The position numbers and the translations under genes were made by a program. Positions 1-8,554 of a DNA stretch of 14,226 bases are shown here, one piece after another; position 1 is the stretch's first letter, and each line of letters opens with the position of its first letter. The stretch comes from Candidatus Eiseniibacteriota bacterium (GTDB lineage: Bacteria > Eisenbacteria > RBG-16-71-46 > CAZEPH01): assembly GCA_044229145.1 (NCBI GenBank), contig JBGATO010000087.1, positions 1 through 14,226 on the forward strand, given 5' to 3'. The notes under the pieces were generated by a model. That model was given only the letters and a program-made list of their open reading frames with translations. It had not been told where the DNA came from and did no database searches.

Positions 1-600
1 CGTTTCGTAGGTCGGTCCGCGCGAGGCGAAGTAAATGCCACGCCGCAGTTGCAGACCGCGCGCCAACGCGACGTCCTCGGCCAGCGCGAGGAGACGCCGT
101 GAATAGATCGGCCCGTGCGCGCGCAGGCGCGTGTCGCCGCCATCGTCCCACGTGCCGCGCATCGGCGGAACGTTCGTGAAGTTGACCTGATCGTCGATCA
201 GCATCAACTCGCCGGGCGCGAACTCCATGTTGACGGCACCCGCCGCGTTGGTGAGCACGACGATGCGGGTGCCGAGGCCGAGCACCGACTCGAGCGCCAG
301 CGTCAGCGTGCCGGCGGGATGACCTTCGTAGGCGTGCACGCGGCCGCTCAGCGCCGCCACCAGCACACCGCGCTTGCGGCCGATGACGAAGCGGCCAGCG
401 TGTCCGGCCACCGTCGGCGCCGGAACGCCGGGAATGTCTTCGAGCGCGCACGAGCGCGCGTCCTCGAGCGAGTTCGCCCACGAGCCCAAGCCGCTGCCGA
501 GCACGAACACCGCGCGCGGCACGTCGTCGCCGGCGACGGCGCGGAGCGCTGCCGTGCCGGCCGCGACCTGCGCGGCGCGCGCGTCGGAGGGATGTGCCAT
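1..600 (-). CDS. punA: Purine-nucleoside phosphorylase (trimeric PNP/XapA type), 3' end beyond the window start
   Basis: Not in the ORF track; translated by hand from ATG 600-598: MAHPSDARAAQVAAG...VFVLGSGLG...GHAGRF...LSGRVHAYEGH...VLTNAAGAVN...GELMLIDDQVN...RGIYFASRGPTYET, all classic PNP motifs. AAGGAG SD upstream; TGATG overlap with the permease stop. Confidence 0.93.
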   Translation of the reverse strand, partial: MAHPSDARAAQVAAGTAALRAVAGDDVPRAVFVLGSGLGSWANSLEDARSCALEDIPGVPAPTVAGHAGRFVIGRKRGVLVAALSGRVHAYEGHPAGTLTLALESVLGLGTRIVVLTNAAGAVNMEFAPGELMLIDDQVNFTNVPPMRGTWDDGGDTRLRAHGPIYSRRLLALAEDVALARGLQLRRGIYFASRGPTYET

Positions 601-1513
601 CAGTCTCCTTCCTTGCGATACGGCACGCCATCGGCGGCCGGCGGTGTGGCGCGGCCGATGAAGCCCGCGAGCACGACGACGGTGATGGCGTACGGCAACA
701 TCTGCAGGAATTGCGCGGGAATGCGCCCGCCCTGCAAGACGATCTGCAACGTCTCGGCGGCGGCGAATAACACGCACGCCGCGGCGGCGCCGAACGGTGT
801 CCACTTGCCGACGATCATCGCCGCGAGTGCGATGTAGCCGCGTCCGCTCGACATGCCATCGGTGAACGAGTGCTGCTCAAAGGCCAGCCACGCACCCCCG
901 AGTCCGGCGAAGATTCCGCTGATCACGACCCCGGCGTAGCGCAGGCCGGCGACGCTCAAGCCCGCCGTGTCGGCCGCCGCCGGATGTTCGCCCACGGCGC
1001 GGAGCCGTAGGCCGAAGCGCGTGCGGAACAACACCACGTGGCCGCCCACCACGAGCACCACTGCGGCGACGATGAGCGGGTTCGCCAGCAGCGTGCCCAC
1101 TGCGGGCACCTGGCCGAGCGTCGAGGAGAGTTGCGGCAGACCGTCCACGCGCGAGGAGTTGCTGCTCGACCCGAATACGAGCTTGAGCAGGAATTTCGTC
1201 ACACCGACGGCAAACAGGTTCAGCGCCACGCCGGAGATGATCTGGTCGGCACGCAAGGTCACGGCCACCAGGGCATGCACCAGCGCGAGCAACGCACTCG
1301 CCGTCAACGCACACGCGAGTCCGGCCCACGGCGAGCCGGTGAGATGCGTCCCCAGCACGGCCGCGAACGCGCCGACCAGCAGCATGCCCTCGAGCGCGAT
1401 GTTCACCACGCCGCCGCGCTCGCTGAAGGTCGCGCCGACCGCCGCCATCGTGTACGGCACGCTGATGCGCACCGTCTGCGCGACGAATCCCGCGGCGAGC
1501 AGCCAGGCGTCGC

Positions 1514-1517
<4 letters not shown>
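600..1517 (-). CDS. Nucleoside/sugar ABC transporter permease (BPD_transp_2, NupC/YufQ-like)
   Basis: C-terminal 305 aa of ORF 600..2570. Motifs SERGGVVNIALEGMLL, RTRFGLRLRAVGEHP.AA, GRGYIALAAMIVGKWTP. Real start is GTG at 1517, overlapping the upstream stop (GTGA). Confidence 0.92.
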
Positions 1518-2629
<1,112 letters not shown>

Positions 2630-2677
2630 CGCCGTGCGGAGTCCTCCTGCCGCCCGGCGATGCGGGCCATGCGTGGG

Positions 2678-3967
2678 TTAGCGCGCGCGGGCGCGCGGGG
2701 TGCCGTCTTCGTCGTCGCCATCGACGGCGAGCCGCGTCAGGCGCAGGCGGGCGATGCGGCGCCCATCCATCTCCTCGACCGCGATGTGCCAGCCGTGCGC
2801 CTCGGCGCTGTCGCCCACTTTGGGGATGCGCAGGAACAGCGACTGCGTGAAGCCGCCCATCGTGGTGTAGGCATCCTCGGGGAACTCGGCATCGAACTCG
2901 GCGTTCACCTTGCGCAACGCGGCGCGGCCGGTGACGCGGATCGACCCGTCGGTGAGTTCCTCGATCGGGATGAGTTCTTCGTCGTACTCGTCCTGGATTT
3001 CGCCGACGATTTCCTCGAGCACGTCTTCCATCGTGACCAGCCCGCTCACGCCGCCGTACTCGTCGAGCACGATCGCCATGTGATTGCGCGTGCGCTGGAA
3101 CTCGCGCAGCAGATCGTCGATGCGCTTGGCCTCGGGCACGTACACCGGTTCGCGCATCAGGTCGTGCAGGATGATCAGTTCACGGTGATCCCACATCGTG
3201 AGCAGGTCCTTCACGTACACCACGCCGACGATCTGGTCGATGGTCTCTTCGTACACCGGCATGCGCGAGTAGCCGGCGTCGATCACCGTCCGCATGATCG
3301 TCTCGTAGCCGGCATCGAGCGGCAGGCCGGTGATGTCGTTGCGCGGGGTCATCACCTCGCGCACCGTGGTTTCCGAGAGGTCGAAGATGGAGTGCAGCAG
3401 CCGGCGCTCGTCGGTCTCGAGGGTGCCTTCTTCCTCGCCGACGGTGATCAGCTCCTCCAACTCCTCCTTGGTGATCATGTTGCCGCGCGACGCGAATGGG
3501 TTGGCGCCCTGCGGCACCACGAGCCGGGCCAGCGCGCTCACCGCCTGCACCAGCGGCGCCGTGAATCCGACGCCGACGGTCATCGGCCACGCGGTCATCG
3601 ACGCGACGCGCTCGGCATAGCGGCTGGCCAGCGTGCGCGTCAGCACCTCGCCACTCACCGCGACGATGGCGACGCAGACGATGGCCGCGGCGGCGGCCGG
3701 CGCGTGGATCTGCGTGATGCGGATGGCCAGCGACACCGCGAATCCGGCGGCGCACAACAGCGCGAGGTTCGACCCGACGACGATCGTGCCGAGCAGCAGT
3801 TCGGGCCGCTCGAGCAGCCGCGTGATGCGGCGGGCCGTCAGCGAATCGTCGTCTTCGAGGCGCTGGCGCACCGCGCTCCCGAGCGATGCGAACGCCGTTT
3901 CGGCGGCGCTCAGGCAGAACAGCCAGGCGAAGGACAGCACGAGGACCAGCGACGCGAGTTTAGCCAC
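2678..3967 (-). CDS. Hemolysin-family CNNM(DUF21)-CBS-CorC_HlyC protein, putative Mg2+/Co2+ transport
   Basis: FCLSAAETAFASL N-terminal DUF21 motif; VREVMTPR, GYSRMPVY and HMAIVLDEYGGVSGLVTMEDVLEEIVGEIQDEYD in the CBS pair; C-terminal YTTMGGF CorC domain. Start is uncertain (see uORF finding). Confidence 0.93.
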   Translation of the reverse strand: MAKLASLVLVLSFAWLFCLSAAETAFASLGSAVRQRLEDDDSLTARRITRLLERPELLLGTIVVGSNLALLCAAGFAVSLAIRITQIHAPAAAAAIVCVAIVAVSGEVLTRTLASRYAERVASMTAWPMTVGVGFTAPLVQAVSALARLVVPQGANPFASRGNMITKEELEELITVGEEEGTLETDERRLLHSIFDLSETTVREVMTPRNDITGLPLDAGYETIMRTVIDAGYSRMPVYEETIDQIVGVVYVKDLLTMWDHRELIILHDLMREPVYVPEAKRIDDLLREFQRTRNHMAIVLDEYGGVSGLVTMEDVLEEIVGEIQDEYDEELIPIEELTDGSIRVTGRAALRKVNAEFDAEFPEDAYTTMGGFTQSLFLRIPKVGDSAEAHGWHIAVEEMDGRRIARLRLTRLAVDGDDEDGTPRARAR

Positions 3968-4043
3968 GCCGAACCTCGCGCGGCCGTAACGGCACGGAAT
4001 CGTCTAAATCGTCCATGGCTCCTCTGACCGCTGTCGGGACTCC

Positions 4044-5099
4044 CTACACCAACTGCGCGGCGAACTCGTCGCGCGTGGCAGGCGCCACATCATAAAACTG
4101 TTCGGGCCCGTTGTCGAAGCGCGCGGATACCGTCAGGGTCGGCTGCTGGCGTCCATCGCTGTAGTAGGCGGTGATCGACGCGATGCGCAGCCGGGCGTCC
4201 AAGTCCGGCTCGCCCTCGACGATGGTGGTTGGCCCCACTACGCCCACAGCCGTAAACGACCACCGGCCACGACGGTAGATCTCCAGCACGCGGTTCTCGT
4301 CGGCGTCGCGGCCGACGATCATCTTGACGTCCGCCGCCAGGCGAATGTGCCGGCCCAGCCCGAGAAGCGAGACGTCGTCCGGCGACAGCACGCGTTCGTC
4401 GCGGTGTTCCAGCAAGTCGTGGAATTTCCGCGAGAAGTTCGGGTCGGTCAGCTGGCAGCAGCCGCCGGCTGGCTGCGGGTACTCCTCGATGCCCCAGCGC
4501 TCGGCGAGCTCCATCTGCACCTTCCGGCTGCGACCCGAGATGTCGTAGAGCTCCTCGCGATCCACCCAGCCATTCTGCTCCGGCACCGTCACCGGCAGCA
4601 GCTTGGCGCTCAGCGGCCGCAGGATCATGCCCTCGAGCCCGGCCTCCTTGTCGATCTCGGTCAGCGCCTTGAAGTGCTGCGAGAACGGCCGCTGCCCGAG
4701 GACTTCGCCGGTGGCGATGAAGTGCCCGCCTTCCTCCTCCATCAGCCGCTTGGTTTCGAGCAGCATGAAGATGCGGCAGTCGATGCACGGATTGGCGTTC
4801 GCCCCGTAGCCATGCTTGGGGTGCGTCACCATGCGCAGATACGCCTCGGACTTGTCGATGAGGCGCATCGGCACTTCCACATCCGCGCCGGCACGCAGGC
4901 CTTCGTTGCGCGTGGACTTGCCCTCGATGCGCTTGCCGCCGATCTTGCGCCGCGCCTCCACCGTGCAGAAGCCGGTGTAGAAGTACACGCCGATGACGTC
5001 GAGTCCCTGGTCTTTCAGGATGCGCAGGGCAAGGGTGCTGTCGAGGCCGCCGGAGGCCATGACGAAGACTTTGATCCGGCTACGGTCTACCGTCTCCAC
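4044..5099 (-). CDS. PP-loop ATPase, ThiI/MnmA-like putative tRNA sulfurtransferase lacking THUMP, with DUF814/NFACT-R-like C-terminus
   Basis: SGGLDS PP-loop, NPCIDCRIFM, TGEVLGQRPFSQ, RPLSAKLL, PAGGCC.LTDP, GRHIRL...MIVGRD..EN. Start set at GTG 5099 because AAGGAG lies 10 nt upstream. Confidence 0.85.
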   Translation of the reverse strand: METVDRSRIKVFVMASGGLDSTLALRILKDQGLDVIGVYFYTGFCTVEARRKIGGKRIEGKSTRNEGLRAGADVEVPMRLIDKSEAYLRMVTHPKHGYGANANPCIDCRIFMLLETKRLMEEEGGHFIATGEVLGQRPFSQHFKALTEIDKEAGLEGMILRPLSAKLLPVTVPEQNGWVDREELYDISGRSRKVQMELAERWGIEEYPQPAGGCCQLTDPNFSRKFHDLLEHRDERVLSPDDVSLLGLGRHIRLAADVKMIVGRDADENRVLEIYRRGRWSFTAVGVVGPTTIVEGEPDLDARLRIASITAYYSDGRQQPTLTVSARFDNGPEQFYDVAPATRDEFAAQLV

Positions 5100-5174
5100 G
5101 AGACGAGACTCCTTTCGGGCATGTGTGGTGTGCCGGTCCTCCGGAACGAGCGACACGGAGACCGGACGCAAAAG

Positions 5175-5199
5175 CGCGCGGGGAGCACTCGCCCGCGCG
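5175..5199 (-). terminator. GC hairpin followed by short U-tract (possible second terminator or attenuator)
   Basis: Minus strand CGCGCGGG-cgagtgctc-CCCGCGCG followed by cTTTTgcgt; 8-bp perfect stem. Confidence 0.45.
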
Positions 5200-5207
5200 T
5201 GACGTGC

Positions 5208-5216
5208 AGCATAACA
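5208..5216 (-). promoter_or_regulatory. Extended -10 element (TGnTATGCT) upstream of the PP-loop gene
   Basis: Minus strand tgTTATGCT about 110 nt upstream of the GTG start; no clear -35. Confidence 0.4.
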
Positions 5217-5220
5217 CGAA

Positions 5221-5260
5221 GCCGCAGGCGGAGGCGCCCCTCCACCTGCGGCCCTTTTTT
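5221..5260 (-). terminator. Intrinsic terminator-like hairpin downstream of csp, possibly bidirectional
   Basis: Minus strand GCCGCAGGTGGAGG-ggcg-CCTCCGCCTGCGGC, a 14-bp stem with one G-U pair. A6 precedes it (T6 on the + strand) and ttcgtgttat follows. It starts about 20 nt after the csp stop. Confidence 0.7.
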
Positions 5261-5272
5261 GCGCGACCGCGA

Positions 5273-5470
5273 TTACGCCTTGCGCACGTTCGCGGCCTGC
5301 TTACCCTTCGCGCCCTCGACGACTTCGAACTCTACGGCCTGACCTTCCGCGAGCGTCTTGAAGCCGTCGCCTTGGATGGCGGAGAAGTGGACGAAGACGT
5401 CCTCCCCCGATTCTTGACGGAGGAAGCCGTAACCTTTCGCCTCATTGAACCACTTGACGGTGCCCTTCAC
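5273..5470 (-). CDS. cspA: Cold-shock protein (CspA family)
   Basis: [15 protein letters not shown] (RNP1) and DVFVHFSAI (RNP2); 65 aa; AGGAGG SD before GTG. Exact paralog letter cannot be determined. Confidence 0.97.
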   Translation of the reverse strand: MKGTVKWFNEAKGYGFLRQESGEDVFVHFSAIQGDGFKTLAEGQAVEFEVVEGAKGKQAANVRKA

Positions 5471-5531
5471 TTTCAGGTCCTCCTACGTTACTTCCTCCAC
5501 GACTCCGCCAGGGCGATCTCTTCCGTAGTCG

Positions 5532-5560
5532 AGGTTCACAGGAACGCAGGTTTCTGTCAA
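5532..5560 (-). promoter_or_regulatory. Sigma70-type promoter for csp
   Basis: Perfect TTGACA (5560-5555), 17-nt spacer ending TGn, then GAACCT (non-consensus -10 that keeps A-11 and T-7). Confidence 0.55.
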
Positions 5561-5593
5561 GCGGTTGTGAGAGACGTTTAGCCTTTGGGGTGC

Positions 5594-5959
5594 TTAGCTT
5601 TGCTCGTAGATCTGGATCTCGTTTCCTTCCAGATCCACGCAGGTGGCGAGCCGGCCCCACTCTTCCTCGCGGATGTCGGTGGTGAAGTCCACGCCGCGGG
5701 CGGCGAGGTCCGCCACCGTCTTGTCCAAGCTGTCGACGCGGAACTGGAGCACGAACCCGGTGCCTGCTTCGTCCTTGGGCTCGGCGGCGGCGCCGCTGGC
5801 CGGCTCGATCGCAAGGTGCACGGGCCCGGCCTCGAACTGCGCCTCCTGCGCTTGCTCGTCGCGGTACAGCTCGGTCAATCCCAGGACGTCCCGGTACCAG
5901 TCGACGGCGCGGTACCAGTTGTTCACCCTCAGGACGACGATCCCGAGCTCCATCTGCAT
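5594..5959 (-). CDS. VOC/glyoxalase/bleomycin-resistance family protein
   Basis: 121 aa from MQMELGIVVLRV; AVDWYRDVLGL, LQFRVDSLD, EEWGRLATCVDLEGNEIQI are typical VOC motifs; GAGGAGG SD. Confidence 0.9.
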   Translation of the reverse strand: MQMELGIVVLRVNNWYRAVDWYRDVLGLTELYRDEQAQEAQFEAGPVHLAIEPASGAAAEPKDEAGTGFVLQFRVDSLDKTVADLAARGVDFTTDIREEEWGRLATCVDLEGNEIQIYEQS

Positions 5960-6072
5960 CCTGCCTCCTCTCCCGCCACGCCCCTGCCCCCGTGCTGCGG
6001 TGCGGCGCGGCGTCCCGGCGCTCGCTCCAGGGCGAACGCGGCGCGCGGCCGACTGTCGTGCGTGGCGGCATG

Positions 6073-6101
6073 GTGATACCACGCCCACGGTCCCGGCACA
6101 A
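6073..6101 (-). promoter_or_regulatory. Candidate sigma70 promoter for the VOC gene
   Basis: TTGTGC-N17-TATCAC with TGn extension on the minus strand. Confidence 0.4.
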
Positions 6102-6169
6102 CCGGGAATCCGAAGGGCACAATTCGTGCTAAGGGACCGCTGTTCCGTGCGTTGGCGCCTGCCGCCGCC

Positions 6170-6478
6170 TCATTCCTCGCGCGGGGCGCGCATCGCCACG
6201 CGGATCACTTCACTCAGGCGCACGGTAAACTCGTGCGGAATGTCCTCGAATCGCAATTCGTGGACGATCTCCCGGGTCAGCTTGTACTCGTCGACGAAGC
6301 GGACGCAGGGCGGGCAGGCGGTGATGTGTTCGGTGATAGCCCGTGTGATGTCGGGCGGCGTGCCGTCCTCCAGATACTGCTGGAGGAGTTCGACGATGAT
6401 CTGCTTGCAGGTGAGGCTGGAGTGGTGGGCGCCGGAGCAGTGGCCGTGCGGGTTGATCGGGTCGGGCGGCAGGGTCAT
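6170..6478 (-). CDS. Zinc-binding anti-sigma factor (zf-HC2/ZAS), soluble
   Basis: 102 aa from MTLPPDP; LTCKQII...YLED...EHITACPPC (Hx3Cx2C). Starts 1 nt after the sigma stop; no TM helix evident. Confidence 0.88.
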   Translation of the reverse strand: MTLPPDPINPHGHCSGAHHSSLTCKQIIVELLQQYLEDGTPPDITRAITEHITACPPCVRFVDEYKLTREIVHELRFEDIPHEFTVRLSEVIRVAMRAPREE

Positions 6479-6479
6479 C

Positions 6480-7199
6480 TCAGACGGCCCTCCCTGGCAG
6501 CGCTGTGCCGCCCGGAGCGCCCGGCGCAGGCCGGGCGTCCGAGGCAGACACATACTCCGCCAACAACTTACGCAGCGCCACCCGGGCGCGGTGGAGCCGC
6601 GACTTGACCGCCGCCTCGGTGAGGCCGGTGGACTCGGCGATCTCGCGGGCCGAGAGCTCCTCCTGGTCCGCGAGCACCACGATGGTGCGGTCGAGCTCCG
6701 GCAACACGTCGATGGCACGCAGGATGATGTCGCGCGCTTCCCGGCTCAAGACCTGCCGGTCCGGCAACTGGTCGGAGATGACCTCCGGCCGGAAGCCGCC
6801 ATCGTCGCGGAAGTAGTCGTCCAGCGTCGCCACCTCGCGCTCGCTGTGCCGGGCTTGGGACCGCCGGCGCATCCGGGCCGCATTCAAGGCGATGCTGTAC
6901 ATCCAGGTGCGAACGGTTGCCCGGCCTTCGAACGAGCCGGCCTTGCGGTAGACCTGCAGGAACGCGTCCTGGACGGCCTCTTCGGCGTCCTCGCGGCGTC
7001 CGGTGATGCGCAGGCTGACACGGTACAGCTCCGCCTGGTAACGGCGGATGAGCGTCATCATGGCCTCTTCGTGGCCGGCCGCGACCTGGGCCAAGAGGTC
7101 GCGGTCGGACATATCGGCGAGCGCCGCCCCGGCCAAAACCGGGGTGACGGGCGGGATCGTGGTTCCAGGCAGCGTGGGATCGGTGGGCGGCGTCGTCAT
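6480..7199 (-). CDS. ECF sigma-70 family RNA polymerase sigma factor
   Basis: Region 2 DAEEAVQDAFLQVYRK...FEGRATVRTWMYSIALN; region 4 LSAREIAESTGLTEAAVKSRLHRARVALRK. GGAGG SD before ATG 7199. Confidence 0.95.
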   Translation of the reverse strand: MTTPPTDPTLPGTTIPPVTPVLAGAALADMSDRDLLAQVAAGHEEAMMTLIRRYQAELYRVSLRITGRREDAEEAVQDAFLQVYRKAGSFEGRATVRTWMYSIALNAARMRRRSQARHSEREVATLDDYFRDDGGFRPEVISDQLPDRQVLSREARDIILRAIDVLPELDRTIVVLADQEELSAREIAESTGLTEAAVKSRLHRARVALRKLLAEYVSASDARPAPGAPGGTALPGRAV

Positions 7200-7432
7200 T
7201 GCCGTCCTCCGCCACGCTCCCAGACACCGGGCAGCCGCATGCACTCCCCCTTCGATCGTCTTCGCCGCGCGCGTCCATGGGCACGGCGAGTCGTATGTCG
7301 CGCAGAGTCCCGTCACCATAGCAGTCCGTCAGATGCGGCCCGCTGGCTGAACGGTGCGCGAAAGATGACTCAATAGTGCAGTTTGGAGGCCGGCCCGGCC
7401 AGATGGGTTGCTGGGCCAATCGGGAGAATCGG

Positions 7433-7918
7433 TCAGTTGAGCAGCGCGCGCAGGCGGGTCAGCGCGTCGAAGGCCGGCTCGTACTCCGGGGAGAGTTCCA
7501 GCGCGGCCTCGTACTCGGAGATCGCGCCGTCGAGATCGCCGCGCGCCTCGAGAACCAACGCGAGATTGGCGTGCGGGTAGTGGCGCTGGGCATAGCGCGG
7601 GGCGTCCGCCGCCTGGCGGAGCCACGGTTCGGCCTCGGCGTGCCGCCCGAGGGCGATGTAGTAGGCGCCGATGTCGTTGTACGGATTGCCCAGGTCGGGG
7701 TCAAGGGTGATCGCCTCTCGGCATTCGGCGATGGCCTCGAGGTAGCGGCCCTGCTTGGCGATCGCCCAGCCGAGGAAGATGTGGGCGACGGCACTATCGT
7801 GTGCGGCCGCGGAACGGCGGTAGAGGTCCTCGGCGCGCCCGAACTCGCCGCGCATGTGACATTCGTAGCCGGCGTGGAGCAGGGCTTCGGCACGGGCGAT
7901 GGCGGCGTACGATTCCAT
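7433..7918 (-). CDS. Tetratricopeptide repeat protein
   Basis: 161 aa from MESYAA; TPR units AHIFLGWAIAKQGRYLEAIAECREAITLDP, PYNDIGAYYIALGR..EA, PHANLALVLEARGDLDGAISEYEAALELSP. GGAG SD. Confidence 0.9.
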   Translation of the reverse strand: MESYAAIARAEALLHAGYECHMRGEFGRAEDLYRRSAAAHDSAVAHIFLGWAIAKQGRYLEAIAECREAITLDPDLGNPYNDIGAYYIALGRHAEAEPWLRQAADAPRYAQRHYPHANLALVLEARGDLDGAISEYEAALELSPEYEPAFDALTRLRALLN

Positions 7919-8007
7919 GACGACACTCCGGGTCGGGCGGGCGCGCGGGCGAGCTCTCCCGTCAATCTCGGCCAACCGGCGGCGCGCCTTGAGCGCCGGG
8001 CGCGCGG

Positions 8008-8445
8008 CTAGTCGTCGTCGAAGAACGGTCCCGGCGTCTTCGGCTTGAAACCCTTGAGCTTGTCGGCGAGATCCGTCTGCTTGTCGCGGGCCTTCGCGTC
8101 GAGGTCCCCGGAGCCGAAGAGGTTGGCGAGATCCTTCTGCTTCGCCTTCTGGCCGCCGAGGAAGCTGCGCACTTCCTCCTCCATCGCCGGCGCGTCGGAT
8201 TCGTGCGGGAGATCCTCGAGCAGCGTGTGATCGCCGAGCTCGACGCGGGCTTCGAACGGCGTGCGGACAACGCACACGATGCCGGCGTCGTGCAGGTGGC
8301 GCACGGCGGGCCGCACCGCCTCGGCGGCGAGGCCGAGCAACTCGGCGATGTCGGTTTCCTCGGGCGCGCGGCCATCCCGATGCAGGAGGACGCGCACGGC
8401 GGCGACGATCAGATGACCGCGTTCGTAGCTCACGGCGGCAGACAT
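8008..8445 (-). CDS. Hypothetical protein with N-terminal winged helix-turn-helix and charged helical C-terminus
   Basis: 145 aa from MSAAVSY with GAGGAG SD. HRDGRAPEETDIAELLGL...VRHLHDAGIV resembles the LexA-type wHTH; GC-rich codon pattern looks coding. Confidence 0.75.
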   Translation of the reverse strand: MSAAVSYERGHLIVAAVRVLLHRDGRAPEETDIAELLGLAAEAVRPAVRHLHDAGIVCVVRTPFEARVELGDHTLLEDLPHESDAPAMEEEVRSFLGGQKAKQKDLANLFGSGDLDAKARDKQTDLADKLKGFKPKTPGPFFDDD

Positions 8446-8478
8446 GGGCGATGACTCCTCTCGCGGCGCGCCGGCGAG

Positions 8479-8527
8479 TTGGCGCGCTTCGTCACCGTCA
8501 CTATACTCCACCGCTTCGCGCTGTCAC
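8479..8527. promoter_or_regulatory. Bidirectional sigma70 promoter with overlapping -10 elements
   Basis: + strand TTGGCG(8479-8484)-N17-TATACT(8502-8507); - strand GTGACA(8527-8522)-N16-TATAGT(8505-8500). Lies between divergent genes. Confidence 0.65.
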
Positions 8528-8554
8528 CCCGTCGTCCGTCGCCCTGGAGGTCGC

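Noticed and set aside
5087..5122. 11-aa ORF MPERSLVSWRR overlapping the PP-loop gene start
   Set aside because: No SD; shows such mini-ORFs occur by chance here, which also tempers the other uORF findings.
6114..6130. Sigma54-like GG-N10-GC (GGCAC-aattc-GTGC) on the + strand
   Set aside because: Lacks the TGG and TTGC consensus and points antisense into the anti-sigma gene; kept only as a palindrome.
6118..6147. Possible ECF promoter GGAAC...CGAA on the minus strand
   Set aside because: Spacing (15 nt) and -10 match are poor, and no similar motif was found upstream of the sigma gene.
5643..7376. 577-aa + strand ORF
   Set aside because: Antisense to the VOC, anti-sigma and sigma genes; low-complexity Arg/Ser composition.
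4044..8445. Impression of different codon style in the central block (possible island)
   Set aside because: Could not be quantified by eye; no integrase, tRNA or flanking direct repeats, and the genes are housekeeping-type.
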